A stretch of DNA of 61,021 nucleotides, counting the filler. It is 5 parts of 5 records of this genome, joined end to end, with 100 filler letters (N's around TTAATTAATTAA, not from the genome) between each part and the next. Parts side by side here need not be neighbours in the genome. Positions count along the whole stretch, not along the records: positions 1 to 23,990 come from DRR378314_283; positions 24,091 to 34,710 come from DRR378314_287; 3 more parts are not named here. The stretch is one strand, 5' to 3'. The notes beneath the pieces are model-generated. The model did not search any database and was not told the origin of the DNA. It was given only the letters and a program-made list of their open reading frames with translations. Shown here piece after piece: positions 20,351 to 29,295 of the stretch; the stretch's first letter is position 1; every line of letters starts with the position of its first letter. A program made the position numbers and the translations under genes.

Positions 20351-20833
20351 ATGAGAATTTCCCTGTATTTACCTGCTCAACAGAAAGCAGCCCTGCTCGC
20401 TGGCATTGGAGCGACTGGATGCATCACGGCACTCAGCTTTCTAAGTTCACACAGTGACGCGTTATGGCTAATGGCCCCCTTTGGCGCCACCATGGTGATA
20501 CTGTTTGGTTTACCCGCCAGCCCATTAGCCCAACCACGCAATGTGATTGCGGGTCACTTAATAACAGCGGCGTTAGGACTGATGGTGGCTCATTTCTTTG
20601 GCGTGCATGAATGGACGCTGGGCTTGGCAGTCGGTTTATCGATAGTCGCTATGATGCTTACCCACACCATCCACCCGCCTGCAGGTGCTAACCCCCTACT
20701 TATTATGCTAGCGGGAGAGCACTGGCATTTTTTGATCACTCCCGTAGCGTCTGGAGCCCTTTTAATTGTGGGATTCGGATACGTGTATCACCGGTTTGTT
20801 TCAGGGCAACCGTACCCCAAGCAATGGTTTTAG
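20351..20833 (+). CDS. HPP-family membrane protein
   Basis: MAPFGATMVILFGLPASPLAQPRNVIAGH and THTIHPPAGANPL. Confidence 0.92.
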   Translation: MRISLYLPAQQKAALLAGIGATGCITALSFLSSHSDALWLMAPFGATMVILFGLPASPLAQPRNVIAGHLITAALGLMVAHFFGVHEWTLGLAVGLSIVAMMLTHTIHPPAGANPLLIMLAGEHWHFLITPVASGALLIVGFGYVYHRFVSGQPYPKQWF

Positions 20834-20911
20834 TTGAGAAGATGTTAACAGCACAAAACCAATGTCCAGGCCATGCAAGCTCGGATTCGACATAACAGCA
20901 TCTGAGGCATA

Positions 20912-20954
20912 AAAAAATACCCCTTGGCACTTTCGAACCAAGGGGTACCGGTTA
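20912..20954 (-). repeat. 43-bp direct repeat copy 1 (terminator hairpin for minus-strand rpn)
   Basis: aaaaaataccccttggcactttcgaaccaaggggtaccggtta; 41/43 identical to 22192-22234. Confidence 0.85.
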
Positions 20955-21032
20955 CGTCAGCAACATCGCCTCGTTTTTCAGTTCGACGCACAGGCCTACT
21001 ACCCGGTCGATGGCTTACAGGCTGTAAGAATG

Positions 21033-21263
21033 CTAGCGCTTGAACATATCATCCAGGCGATTGGCGAACAGTACATCGCGCATCCAGCCTTTCAGTTGGT
21101 CGTGATCAGCTTTCACAAGCTGTGCTTCTACCCAGTCAGGCACGTCACCAAACTTTAAGGTGAGCAATGTGCGCATAGTTTCACATGCTTCAGCTAAACG
21201 CCCTTCTTGCCGCCCTTCCAGGCGTTCTTTCTTGACCAAGTTCTCTAAGTTCTCTGCCAACAT
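21033..21263 (-). CDS. Putative internally translated small Rpn product (RpnS-type antitoxin, 76 aa)
   Basis: In-frame ATG at 21263 preceded by GGAGG (21276-21272) with an 8-nt spacer (ATGGAGGACAAAGATATG). Encodes MLAENLENLVKKERLEGRQEG...MFKR. Confidence 0.65.
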   Translation of the reverse strand: MLAENLENLVKKERLEGRQEGRLAEACETMRTLLTLKFGDVPDWVEAQLVKADHDQLKGWMRDVLFANRLDDMFKR

Positions 21264-22007
21264 ATCTTTGTCCTCCATCAGACTGTCGAGCCGATCCAGG
21301 TTGACCTCGGCGCCCAGCCGGTACAAATGCCGCTTGAGCCAGCGGGTGATAATCCGGTCGATGCGTTCCTTATTGGGGTCAGCCTGAATGATGGCGACGA
21401 CCCGGTCCACAGCGTTCTGTAACGCTTCCCAGCTTTCTCCGGCGTTTTCCACACCGAATACACCGCTAAGCGGTGTCTGGCGTAAGCCTAATTCTTCGTT
21501 AGTATAGCGCCCTTCATCGACCAGAAAATAGCGCAGGCGCGGTTGATAGACCTGCAGAAAACTCGGCGGTTCCGGCTGTACCATCTCGTAAATATCCAAC
21601 GGAGCTGTCCAGGGCTTGGAGCCATTGTACAGCACCACCGGAAATACCGGTGGAAGGCCCTGGCTGGGCGTAATGACCTTCTGTTTGAGTAGTTCACTGT
21701 AAAAGCAGGCGACGTAGTGCATCAGCCGAATCGGCATGCTGCGATCAACCGCTGACTGGAACTCTAGGAGGATGTACAAAAATACCTCCTGCGTCATGCC
21801 CTTCCAGGTGACTTCCACCGACCACACCACGTCTTCGATCTTCTCTTCGAACAGCGGTGAGATGTAATGACCACTGTGCTTCTTGAGCGTCGTGAAGTTC
21901 ATTAACCCGGCAATTTCAGGCGGGGCAAAGCCTTCGATCAGTTGCTCAACGAACTCGGGGTGGCTAAATAGCTCTTTATAGCCCGTATCATGGTGATGAG
22001 TCGCCAT
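21033..22007 (-). CDS. Rpn/YhgA-like PD-(D/E)XK nuclease (Transposase_31) with DUF4351-like C-terminus
   Basis: HDTGYKELFSHP, IEDVVWSV, YILLEFQS, MPIRLMHY, PVVLYNG..PW, EGRQEG motif, LKFGDVPDWV...W. Confidence 0.9.
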   Translation of the reverse strand: MATHHHDTGYKELFSHPEFVEQLIEGFAPPEIAGLMNFTTLKKHSGHYISPLFEEKIEDVVWSVEVTWKGMTQEVFLYILLEFQSAVDRSMPIRLMHYVACFYSELLKQKVITPSQGLPPVFPVVLYNGSKPWTAPLDIYEMVQPEPPSFLQVYQPRLRYFLVDEGRYTNEELGLRQTPLSGVFGVENAGESWEALQNAVDRVVAIIQADPNKERIDRIITRWLKRHLYRLGAEVNLDRLDSLMEDKDMLAENLENLVKKERLEGRQEGRLAEACETMRTLLTLKFGDVPDWVEAQLVKADHDQLKGWMRDVLFANRLDDMFKR

Positions 22008-22191
22008 AACGCGTCCCTGTTAATCGTAATAACGTCAGAATACCATGGAGAGCGATAGTCGACGTACCGCATGATTGATATGTGGTGATTCAATAAAATC
22101 AGAAATCAATGCGATATTTGCCGCAAAAGCTGATCCGCTTTTACAGTTTGATAGTGCCTATTGATTGAACACAGCGCGTACCTGCTCACCT

Positions 22192-22234
22192 AAAAAATAC
22201 CCCTTGGCACTTTCGAGCCAAGGGGTATCGGTTA
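22192..22234 (-). repeat. 43-bp direct repeat copy 2 (terminator hairpin for the minus-strand porin gene)
   Basis: aaaaaataccccttggcactttcgagccaaggggtatcggtta, 21 nt beyond the porin stop codon. Confidence 0.85.
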
Positions 22235-22255
22235 AGCCAGTAGCAGTGGTTGGCT

Positions 22256-23122
22256 TTAGAAGTGCCACTCCAGATTAAAGGTCATGGCATCGGTATCGAC
22301 ACCCGGCTGGCTGTGGTTTCCGAATTTGTTGCGCCAATACTCATAACCGACGCCCATCCATAGTGAGTTTTCCGCGCCCCAGGCAACTTGCCCGACGTCT
22401 AGCATCACCGAGGTGCGCATTAACTGCTCAGGCTCGGTCACTTCCCCAAAGTAATCGTCTCCTTTTTCGCTGTTGTAGTTATAGAACCCTTGGAATTTTA
22501 GCGGTAACGCCGCCGCTTCAAACGGCAGCCCCCAGGCCAAGTTAATTTGGTAATAGGGATCAAACGAAATGCTGTTCTGATTTTCTGGCAGTCCACAAGG
22601 TGGCAAGCCGCAGTGGTTCCACTCACGGCTATAGAACAGGCTTAGATCCACAAAGCCTCTCGGCACATCAAATTTAAACGTTGGCCCCACCACTAATTGG
22701 CGTTTACGTGGTGCAAAGCCAGTATTTTTGGTGTTTAGGTCAAACCCAAGCGTCAGCGCCATGTCTTTGACGGGCCCGAAAGCGATGGGCTCATTGAATA
22801 CGCCGCCCCCATGGAGTTGATGACGGTATGTCAGATAAGCTTCCGTCGCCCCTGAATCACTGTTACTGGCCGGGTCTTGGCTGCTGGACTGAAGCACGTC
22901 CAGATTTAAAAAGTTTTGGCCCAGTGAGTAACCACTAACATGGGTGAACTGGAGAATGTGCTTCTCTATGTTCTCTGGGTTATTCGGCTCAGTAAACTGC
23001 GTTCCATAGCGATACCCCACGAACGTATCGCTCCATGTCGCTGCCTGGGCACCTGCCGAGATAGTGCCAAGAGAAGCGCCTATCGCCAGATACGTTGCCA
23101 CTGCTCGATTGCTCTTCAACAT
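22256..23122 (-). CDS. Outer-membrane beta-barrel, Tsx-like nucleoside/purine channel
   Basis: Signal peptide (MLKSNRAVATYLAIGASLGTISAGAQA), amphipathic strands, GVGYEYWRNKFG, C-terminal Phe (LEWHF). Divergent from uraD. Start moved to ATG 23122. Confidence 0.75.
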   Translation of the reverse strand: MLKSNRAVATYLAIGASLGTISAGAQAATWSDTFVGYRYGTQFTEPNNPENIEKHILQFTHVSGYSLGQNFLNLDVLQSSSQDPASNSDSGATEAYLTYRHQLHGGGVFNEPIAFGPVKDMALTLGFDLNTKNTGFAPRKRQLVVGPTFKFDVPRGFVDLSLFYSREWNHCGLPPCGLPENQNSISFDPYYQINLAWGLPFEAAALPLKFQGFYNYNSEKGDDYFGEVTEPEQLMRTSVMLDVGQVAWGAENSLWMGVGYEYWRNKFGNHSQPGVDTDAMTFNLEWHF

Positions 23123-23300
23123 GCAAAACCCTTTGTTGTTTGATTTTGTTTTTAGACATCTTTCTAAGAGCCCCACTATCAAGGCCCTTCTATAAAGACC
23201 TTTCTATAAGGACCTTCCTAACGCCGTTATGCCCGCTTTTTGCGGGTGCGATAGCGATTTTTTTGCGGAAACGGCACTTCTTAGAGTACATTTAGCAATA

Positions 23301-23318
23301 TTTATTGTATACAATAAA
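23301..23318. promoter_or_regulatory. GntR-type operator palindrome between the porin gene and uraD
   Basis: Perfect 18-bp palindrome TTTATTGTATACAATAAA. Confidence 0.7.
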
Positions 23319-23348
23319 ACAGATAAACAAATACAAATGGAGGACACA

Positions 23349-23882
23349 ATGTCGCGTATTTTAGAAGCAGCTCGCCCCAGCCGCCTTGGTTTAGACGCCT
23401 TTCTTGAGCACTACGGGGACGTTTTTGAACATTCACCCTGGGTAGCCGAAAGCGCCTGGAAACAGGGATTTACCGACCAACACGATGACCCGGATGTGCT
23501 AGCTGACTGCATGGGAAATGTGCTTAAGGGTGCTGATATTGATCAGCAAATTGCAGTCATCCGCGCTCACCCAGACCTTGCCGGAAAAGCAGCTCTCGCG
23601 GGCGAACTAACCCAGGATTCCACTCGCGAACAGGCTGGTGCGGGGCTAGATCAATGCTCAGCCGAAGAGTTTGAACGCTTTCAACGCCTGAATCAGGCCT
23701 ATCAAGATAAGTTCGGTTTCCCCTTTGTGATTGCTGTTAAAGGGCTTGATCGACACGCAATCCTTTACGCGTTCGAAAAGCGCCTTGAAAACGACGCCGC
23801 TACCGAGCGTCAAACCGCTATTGAGCAAATCATCCAGATAGCGCGCTTTCGCCTGCACATGCGTGCGGCCGAGGCAGCGTAA
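23349..23882 (+). CDS. uraD: OHCU decarboxylase (urate catabolism)
   Basis: FEHSPWVAE, AHPDLAGK, STREQAGAGL, LNQAYQDKFGFPFVIAVKG, IARFRL. RBS GGAGG before ATG 23349. Confidence 0.93.
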   Translation: MSRILEAARPSRLGLDAFLEHYGDVFEHSPWVAESAWKQGFTDQHDDPDVLADCMGNVLKGADIDQQIAVIRAHPDLAGKAALAGELTQDSTREQAGAGLDQCSAEEFERFQRLNQAYQDKFGFPFVIAVKGLDRHAILYAFEKRLENDAATERQTAIEQIIQIARFRLHMRAAEAA

Positions 23883-23990
23883 TTCTCACGCGCTTAGCGC
23901 TTCTATTTTCCTTTCAGCCTGACCTGTGGTGCTCGGCCCTTCAGGCTGTGAGGCTTACCTTTTATCGTCATTCGGAGAGACCTCTATGAG

Positions 23991-24090
23991 NNNNNNNNNN
24001 NNNNNNNNNNNNNNNNNNNNNNNNNNNNNNNNNNTTAATTAATTAANNNNNNNNNNNNNNNNNNNNNNNNNNNNNNNNNNNNNNNNNNNN
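23991..24090. other. Artificial contig linker
   Basis: N44-TTAATTAATTAA-N44 (stops in all six frames). Confidence 0.99.
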
Positions 24091-24131
24091 TTTTGTTTGT
24101 TTGTTTTTGTTTGTTTGTTTTTCTTTGTTTT
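24091..24131. repeat. (TTTG)n microsatellite at contig edge
   Basis: ttttgtttgtttgtttttgtttgtttgttt... Confidence 0.85.
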
Positions 24132-24181
24132 GATATCGCGTGCGATGATGCTGCTCGCCGTGCTGAAATGGATGTGTACAG

Positions 24182-25238
24182 GATGTATACTGTGCATACC
24201 TGCCGACACGGGAGCAGTATGAGCAGCATCTCCAAGAAGCAGGTACGCCGTCAAAATGAACAACCGCTCCATCGTCATGCTGGCCGGCAGCGGCAGGAGC
24301 AATCGGTTGGAGTGCACCGGGAATCGCCAGTGAGCTATGCGACGTCGCTCCCTGCAACAGGTCTTCGGCTCGGCGACGGGATCGGCGCGCAGTATGGGCA
24401 GAGGCCGCGCCAAACTGCTTACCAACCTGCATTGGATTCCTCTCGCGGACGCGTCATGCGGCAGGCTTTACGATCACGTCCTTTGCAGATATGTCGGAGC
24501 CGTGGACAGCGTTTGTCGCTGAGCGGCACGATTCGTATGTCGGGAACTGCGACCGCCATCGCCGGTACGTTTGCCCAAGACGCTGGCATGCAAGGTCGCT
24601 CGATGCAGCGTGCATCGCCCAAGAAGTTCATTGCGGGTGCTTGTATCGTGTTCTTTTGATCTCTGTGACACAACTGGAACTCATGCCTTGGAAATGACGT
24701 ACGCCACCCTGCAGAGTCGTGGGTGACGCGGTGTACAAGTCGCAGGAGCACTTCTTCCGCACAGTGCGCGAGCTCTTCGAAGGCGGGCATGTCGGTACGC
24801 GAGCGCGGGCGGCCATATTCACGTAGTCAAAGCGCGGCGCTGGTAGTGAATAGGCATCATTCTTGCGTATTGTCGCCCAACGTCTCTTGCTTGAGCGTAT
24901 TGTCGCGCAACGTCTCTTGCTACAGCGCATTGTACGCGCGTGTGCAAGTTCGCAGTGTCCCAAGGGTAGCAATCGGCTGCTACGAGCAGCATATCATCGC
25001 CGCTTGTGGCAGCGGCGGTTGAGCGGTCGACACCCAGGCACAACGTTCGTGTCTCGTTCCTGGAAAGAAAGCGATGCGGACAAATGCAGTTCTTCAAAGG
25101 ACACGAATATTGCAGCGGCGACGCGCCAACGCACTTACGCTCCGATGCCGCGGCGGTTCTGTCAACCCCTTGCCCCCCCAACCAACCAAATCTCTCGTTA
25201 CAGGCGGCGCTCGCATTCTCGTACAACGCAAGGCATAG
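24182..25238 (+). CDS. 3' exons of a spliced class I SAM-dependent methyltransferase (sarcosine/dimethylglycine- or phosphoethanolamine-MTase-like); 5' part off-contig
   Basis: Exons 24182-24242, 24465-24564, 24715-24794, 25204-25238 with GT..AG introns and matching phases give DVYCAYLPTREQYEQHLQEAGFTITSFADMSEPWTAFVAERHDSYVGNCDRHRRVVGDAVYKSQEHFFRTVRELFEGGHVGGARILVQRKA*. Confidence 0.75.
24865..24933. repeat. 30-bp tandem repeat (about 2.3 copies) inside a methyltransferase intron
   Basis: gcgtattgtcgcccaacgtctcttgcttga / gcgtattgtcgcgcaacgtctcttgctaca / gcgcattgt. Confidence 0.8.
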
Positions 25239-26079
25239 CGTTCCTCGATCTCTATCCAGCGTACCCTAACCGAAAGGAGGAAATGCTTGATAATGCGTAG
25301 ATGGTAGAGAACTACTGACATCATGGACGACATGTACCCGGGATACGCGTGCAAATCGCACGGCGTGCGCCGAAACGGCGCCTCGCGCACGTGCGAGCGC
25401 GGTGGCTGGCAACCCCGCGCTTCTCGTTTCTCGTTTCTCTAGGTCGCTCCTCCCCGCGCTGCAGCGGCAAGGAAGCTCCGCAGCATCCTAGCAACCGAGT
25501 AGAATCCTATTTTCCTTAACCCGCCCATACTGTTGCACCCGGAGCAACCACGTCGGTTCAAGCTACAGGAGAACAAAGCGCTGCGCATAGGCTTGCCGTA
25601 TGCATTGTTCGGAGGCGCCACGCATTAACGGGATGCTCTGCCATGCGCCGGCGGCGTGTGAGAGTACGTTTGTTTGCGATTTGGTTTTTTTGTAGTTTTT
25701 TCGTTGTGTTTTCGTATGTTCCTCCCTTCTATGCCACAGTGGGATGCTGTATGGAGAGGGAGCCGTTTGCTGCGTGCGCGGTACTGTTCTGCGCTGCGCT
25801 ACAGAGGCTGTTGCGGATCGTTGCCACGGCTAGCGGATAGCGAGGCGGCGACAATGACAAAATGCATGATGCAAAGCGCGTTCCGCACGTGGCGCGCGCA
25901 CGCCCCTTCCCATGTATAAAGCACATTTCATATTCTCAACCGCTCATATACTCCATGTCTCGCGACAAATGCCCATCACCACCACAAGCACAGCCGAAGG
26001 CATCGCAGCAGCAGCGCGCACAAGCTGACAGTCCATCGCGACAGAAGCGAGCAACTGCACGCGGCCTCCGCCACCTCAA

Positions 26080-26964
26080 CTACCCCGACTTGGCCTTTTG
26101 CGGGCGCAAGCGACTCGCAAAGCGATGCACCCCGTGCGCAGCTGGCGTCGCGATTGTTCCAAATACATAAGTCACGGCCATTCGATAGTATGGCCCAAAC
26201 GCCTCGAGTGCCTTGACGGGCGGGTCGCCCGGGTGAACAGTCATGTTGATGTTGATTCCGAACGCGTGCGAAAACGGGCACAGCACAAACAAGTGGTACA
26301 CGGCCGCGCCCCACCACGTCAAAAACACCCACGACCAGTCATGGTACAGTGGACGGAATTCAGCCACAATGTCAAAAATCGGAATGCTCAGCATCAGAGC
26401 ATGCTGGATCCAGTACGACCAGATCTCCAGAGCACTGTCGTAGTCGCGGAGATCCACAAAAATAAGCGCCAACCACGCGCCCCACGTCAGGTTCGCATAC
26501 ACGTTGAACAGGTCGTTTGCGAGCTTGTCGGACAATGGGCGCAACCACAGCACCAGGAGCAGCGTCGTGAGCACGTGGCACGGCTGCAGCAAATACGCCA
26601 CACGGAATAGGCGCCACTGGAAATTCGCATCGACGAACTTGTACACAACAATAAACGAAAACGACACGGCCAAGGCAGCATGCAGCGCATTGCGGACGGC
26701 AACGAGCGCAGGATTCGCCGGCCCACGCAGAGGGTGCGCGCGCGTTCGTCGCCCGCGGCGCAGCGCTTTGCGACCCACCACAACCCACACCAGGTACAAG
26801 CACATCGCCTCCAGCAAGAATATACGCGGTGATACATACCACGACGTCAAGTGATAGAAAGCGGGAGGCGGGCTGAACTGGGCAGCAAACGAAGCCGGGC
26901 CCACGGGCACAGCAGCCTTGAAAGCGGCGTCGAACGCATCGAGAACACCGGCAGCAAGCTCCAT
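26080..26964 (-). CDS. TMEM164-family multipass membrane protein (intronless)
   Basis: YLLQPCHV, GAWLALIFVD, YWIQHALML, YHLFVL, NINMTVHP, FGPYYR resemble TMEM164 motifs. First ATG at 26964. Confidence 0.8.
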   Translation of the reverse strand: MELAAGVLDAFDAAFKAAVPVGPASFAAQFSPPPAFYHLTSWYVSPRIFLLEAMCLYLVWVVVGRKALRRGRRTRAHPLRGPANPALVAVRNALHAALAVSFSFIVVYKFVDANFQWRLFRVAYLLQPCHVLTTLLLVLWLRPLSDKLANDLFNVYANLTWGAWLALIFVDLRDYDSALEIWSYWIQHALMLSIPIFDIVAEFRPLYHDWSWVFLTWWGAAVYHLFVLCPFSHAFGININMTVHPGDPPVKALEAFGPYYRMAVTYVFGTIATPAAHGVHRFASRLRPQKAKSG

Positions 26965-29295
26965 CGTGCAGTACAACAGCGGGCGCCTCTCTGCTGACCC
27001 CCACTTCCACCAAACGAGCGGTGCGCTTTATCAGAGACGATAAAAAACGCTTGCGTTATACAATTTGCCCCCCTAATGCACTTCTGTACACGAAAACCAC
27101 AAGAGGGGTTGAACTGCAGAGGCGACGCAAACCGCCACGCGTCCGACGTATGCACGAAAGCTCACGAAATTCTCCTCGCTGGGAGATCCGTGCGGCAGCC
27201 CGAGAATGCTGCCACTACCCGGAAGCCCTGCACAACGAGCAGAGACCGGTAAATAGCCAACACACGTCCACAGGTCACGCGAAACCGGTTAGTATACCCA
27301 GGCAATGCGCCATGCGAAGGTGCGGATTGCAACACACACCGCTCGTAGCGGAAAACAGCCGGCAACGTTACGCCGCTGCGAGTTACCCCCCAGCGGACTG
27401 CCGCAACCGTGCAACAGGAGGCGTCAGGAACTGCACAACAGTACGCGCTTCTGCCGCGTCAAAAAGCACCGTAACTCATCATGTGCACTACATATGGACA
27501 ACTCTGCGACAAAATAGCAGTGCAAATGCTACACATTTCGGCCGGCGGGGTACGGGAGCTCACGGCGGCGTGGCGGCGCGGCGGACGACGCTCTACCCGT
27601 CTGTCTGCGCACAGCGAGCTCTCCAGTACACCCCTCGCTGCACGCCGCGGGCGGCGTCCCGCAAGAACTCGTGCGGGAAGACAAAACTGCGTACGCAGGA
27701 GGCATGCGCGCCTCCATCGCAAGCTGTAGAGCATCTCCTTAAACCTTTCTATATGAGAGAGAAATCGCGGTGATACGAGGGCGATCGCGCATGGAGAAGA
27801 CGTACAACGTGCGGGGAAGCAGGCCAGTACGGCAGAAGAGGAGAGCTAGCGGCTGTGCATACCGCAGGTGCACGACAAACTCGGCGGCACAGAAAGCCGA
27901 ACCGCGGCCACACGCCTCGACCCGCCCCAGCAAACACGGCACTGCTACGCAGAGTGCACTCGGAATGCCACAAAGAAAGAGCGAGACGCATGGCATATCG
28001 TCTGGACTTTGTGCGCACCCTTCCATAGTTTGCCTTCTCCGTGCACCCGCACGCCTTGATAAAAGTGCAGAGGTGGGGGGATAAACTTTGCAGGAGCGTC
28101 GGCAATGCGGGCGCCGCGCCGCCGCTGCGTCGAGGGCGTCCGGCGGCGCACGCGACCCGGTCTCCTCCACACACGCACCTGATGAATGCAGTTCCAATCA
28201 ATCAACGCGTGCAGACCACCGCAGCAGCCGTTGACACGATATTTAGAAGTGAAGGGGGAGGGGAAGAGGGAACACTGCGCACAAGCAAGCGGCGAGGCCC
28301 ACGGCGCGCGCAAGCAAGCGCAACGCGCACGCGAGTGAGCGGCAGGTTCGCGCGGAAGTGAAGCAGCCCGAGACAAGCAGTAACGCGCGCCGCCGGGAAG
28401 TGGTCCCTCCTTTTTCCCAGTATCGTGGGCAACCAGGTGGTGCAGATAGGGGGCTGCATACTGCAACCTTCAAGTGTTCATCAAGCCGACCATGACGCAA
28501 ACCCCCTGGTCACAGCCGTGCGCGCAAAGGGTGTACTCATGCCCCATGGGGAAGGAAAGCAAAGTGAGCTTTGTTGACCGGACCTGCACGCCTCACACTT
28601 CGCAAGCCCCGGACAACCGCGCAGGCCTGGTCAAGGTACTTAGGGCTAACGGAGAACAGCGCTCAAACATCGTGCAAATCAAGGTCTCTTATGCAGATAA
28701 TTTACAAAGTGATAAAATTTCACCGGCCGTTGAGCCATCCGCCCGAGAAGCGGTGCAACGTTTGCAAGGAGTCATCGCGGCGGACAGACAACGGTTCTCT
28801 CTGCTTGAGCTGCAACGCTCGGCTGCGCCCAGGAACAAGGATTGCCGTTCGCAGCTTATCTCCCGTGCAGCTCCGCCGGGTGCCGCGATTGTGCTGTGCT
28901 TGCTCGTACTTATAAGGTCGCACATTCCTCGTTTTTCGATTGACCGCATCGTGTTGGATCTGGAGCGCGCCAGGTCCGCGCACACGCGTGCGTGCAGACA
29001 AACGGCATTGGTGCCGCGCCCAAGAGAGAACTGCGCGCGTTGCGCTCGGGCCGAGCGTTCGCCAAAGCGCACCCGCAGCACACCAGCTTGGTTTGGTTTT
29101 TGGTCCGCCGCGTACTAGCCGTCGCGCGCCGCTCTTCTGTACTCTCTCCTATATCTACTCTGCCTTTTATCCGTCAGTGTCTCTTGTACTATTATCGCTA
29201 GAGCCTCGCGGGGAAAAGGCGTGTGCTGCTCAGCGTGACGACGCGAAGCGTCCTGGAAAAGCTCTCGTGCGCAGCGCGCATCTCCGCCTTGTGCC

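Noticed and set aside
23974-23990. RBS (GGAGAG) and ATG of the gene following uraD
   Set aside because: Only 5 coding nucleotides before the contig break; product cannot be called.
25460-25640. Possible structured ncRNA closed by gcatcc...ggatgc
   Set aside because: No tRNA, snRNA or snoRNA hallmarks recognised; short complementarity is expected by chance in GC-rich DNA.
27021-29290. ORFs of 150-250 aa between the TMEM164-like and ankyrin-TPC genes
   Set aside because: No motifs and no consistent exon chain; probably promoter, UTR or intergenic sequence.
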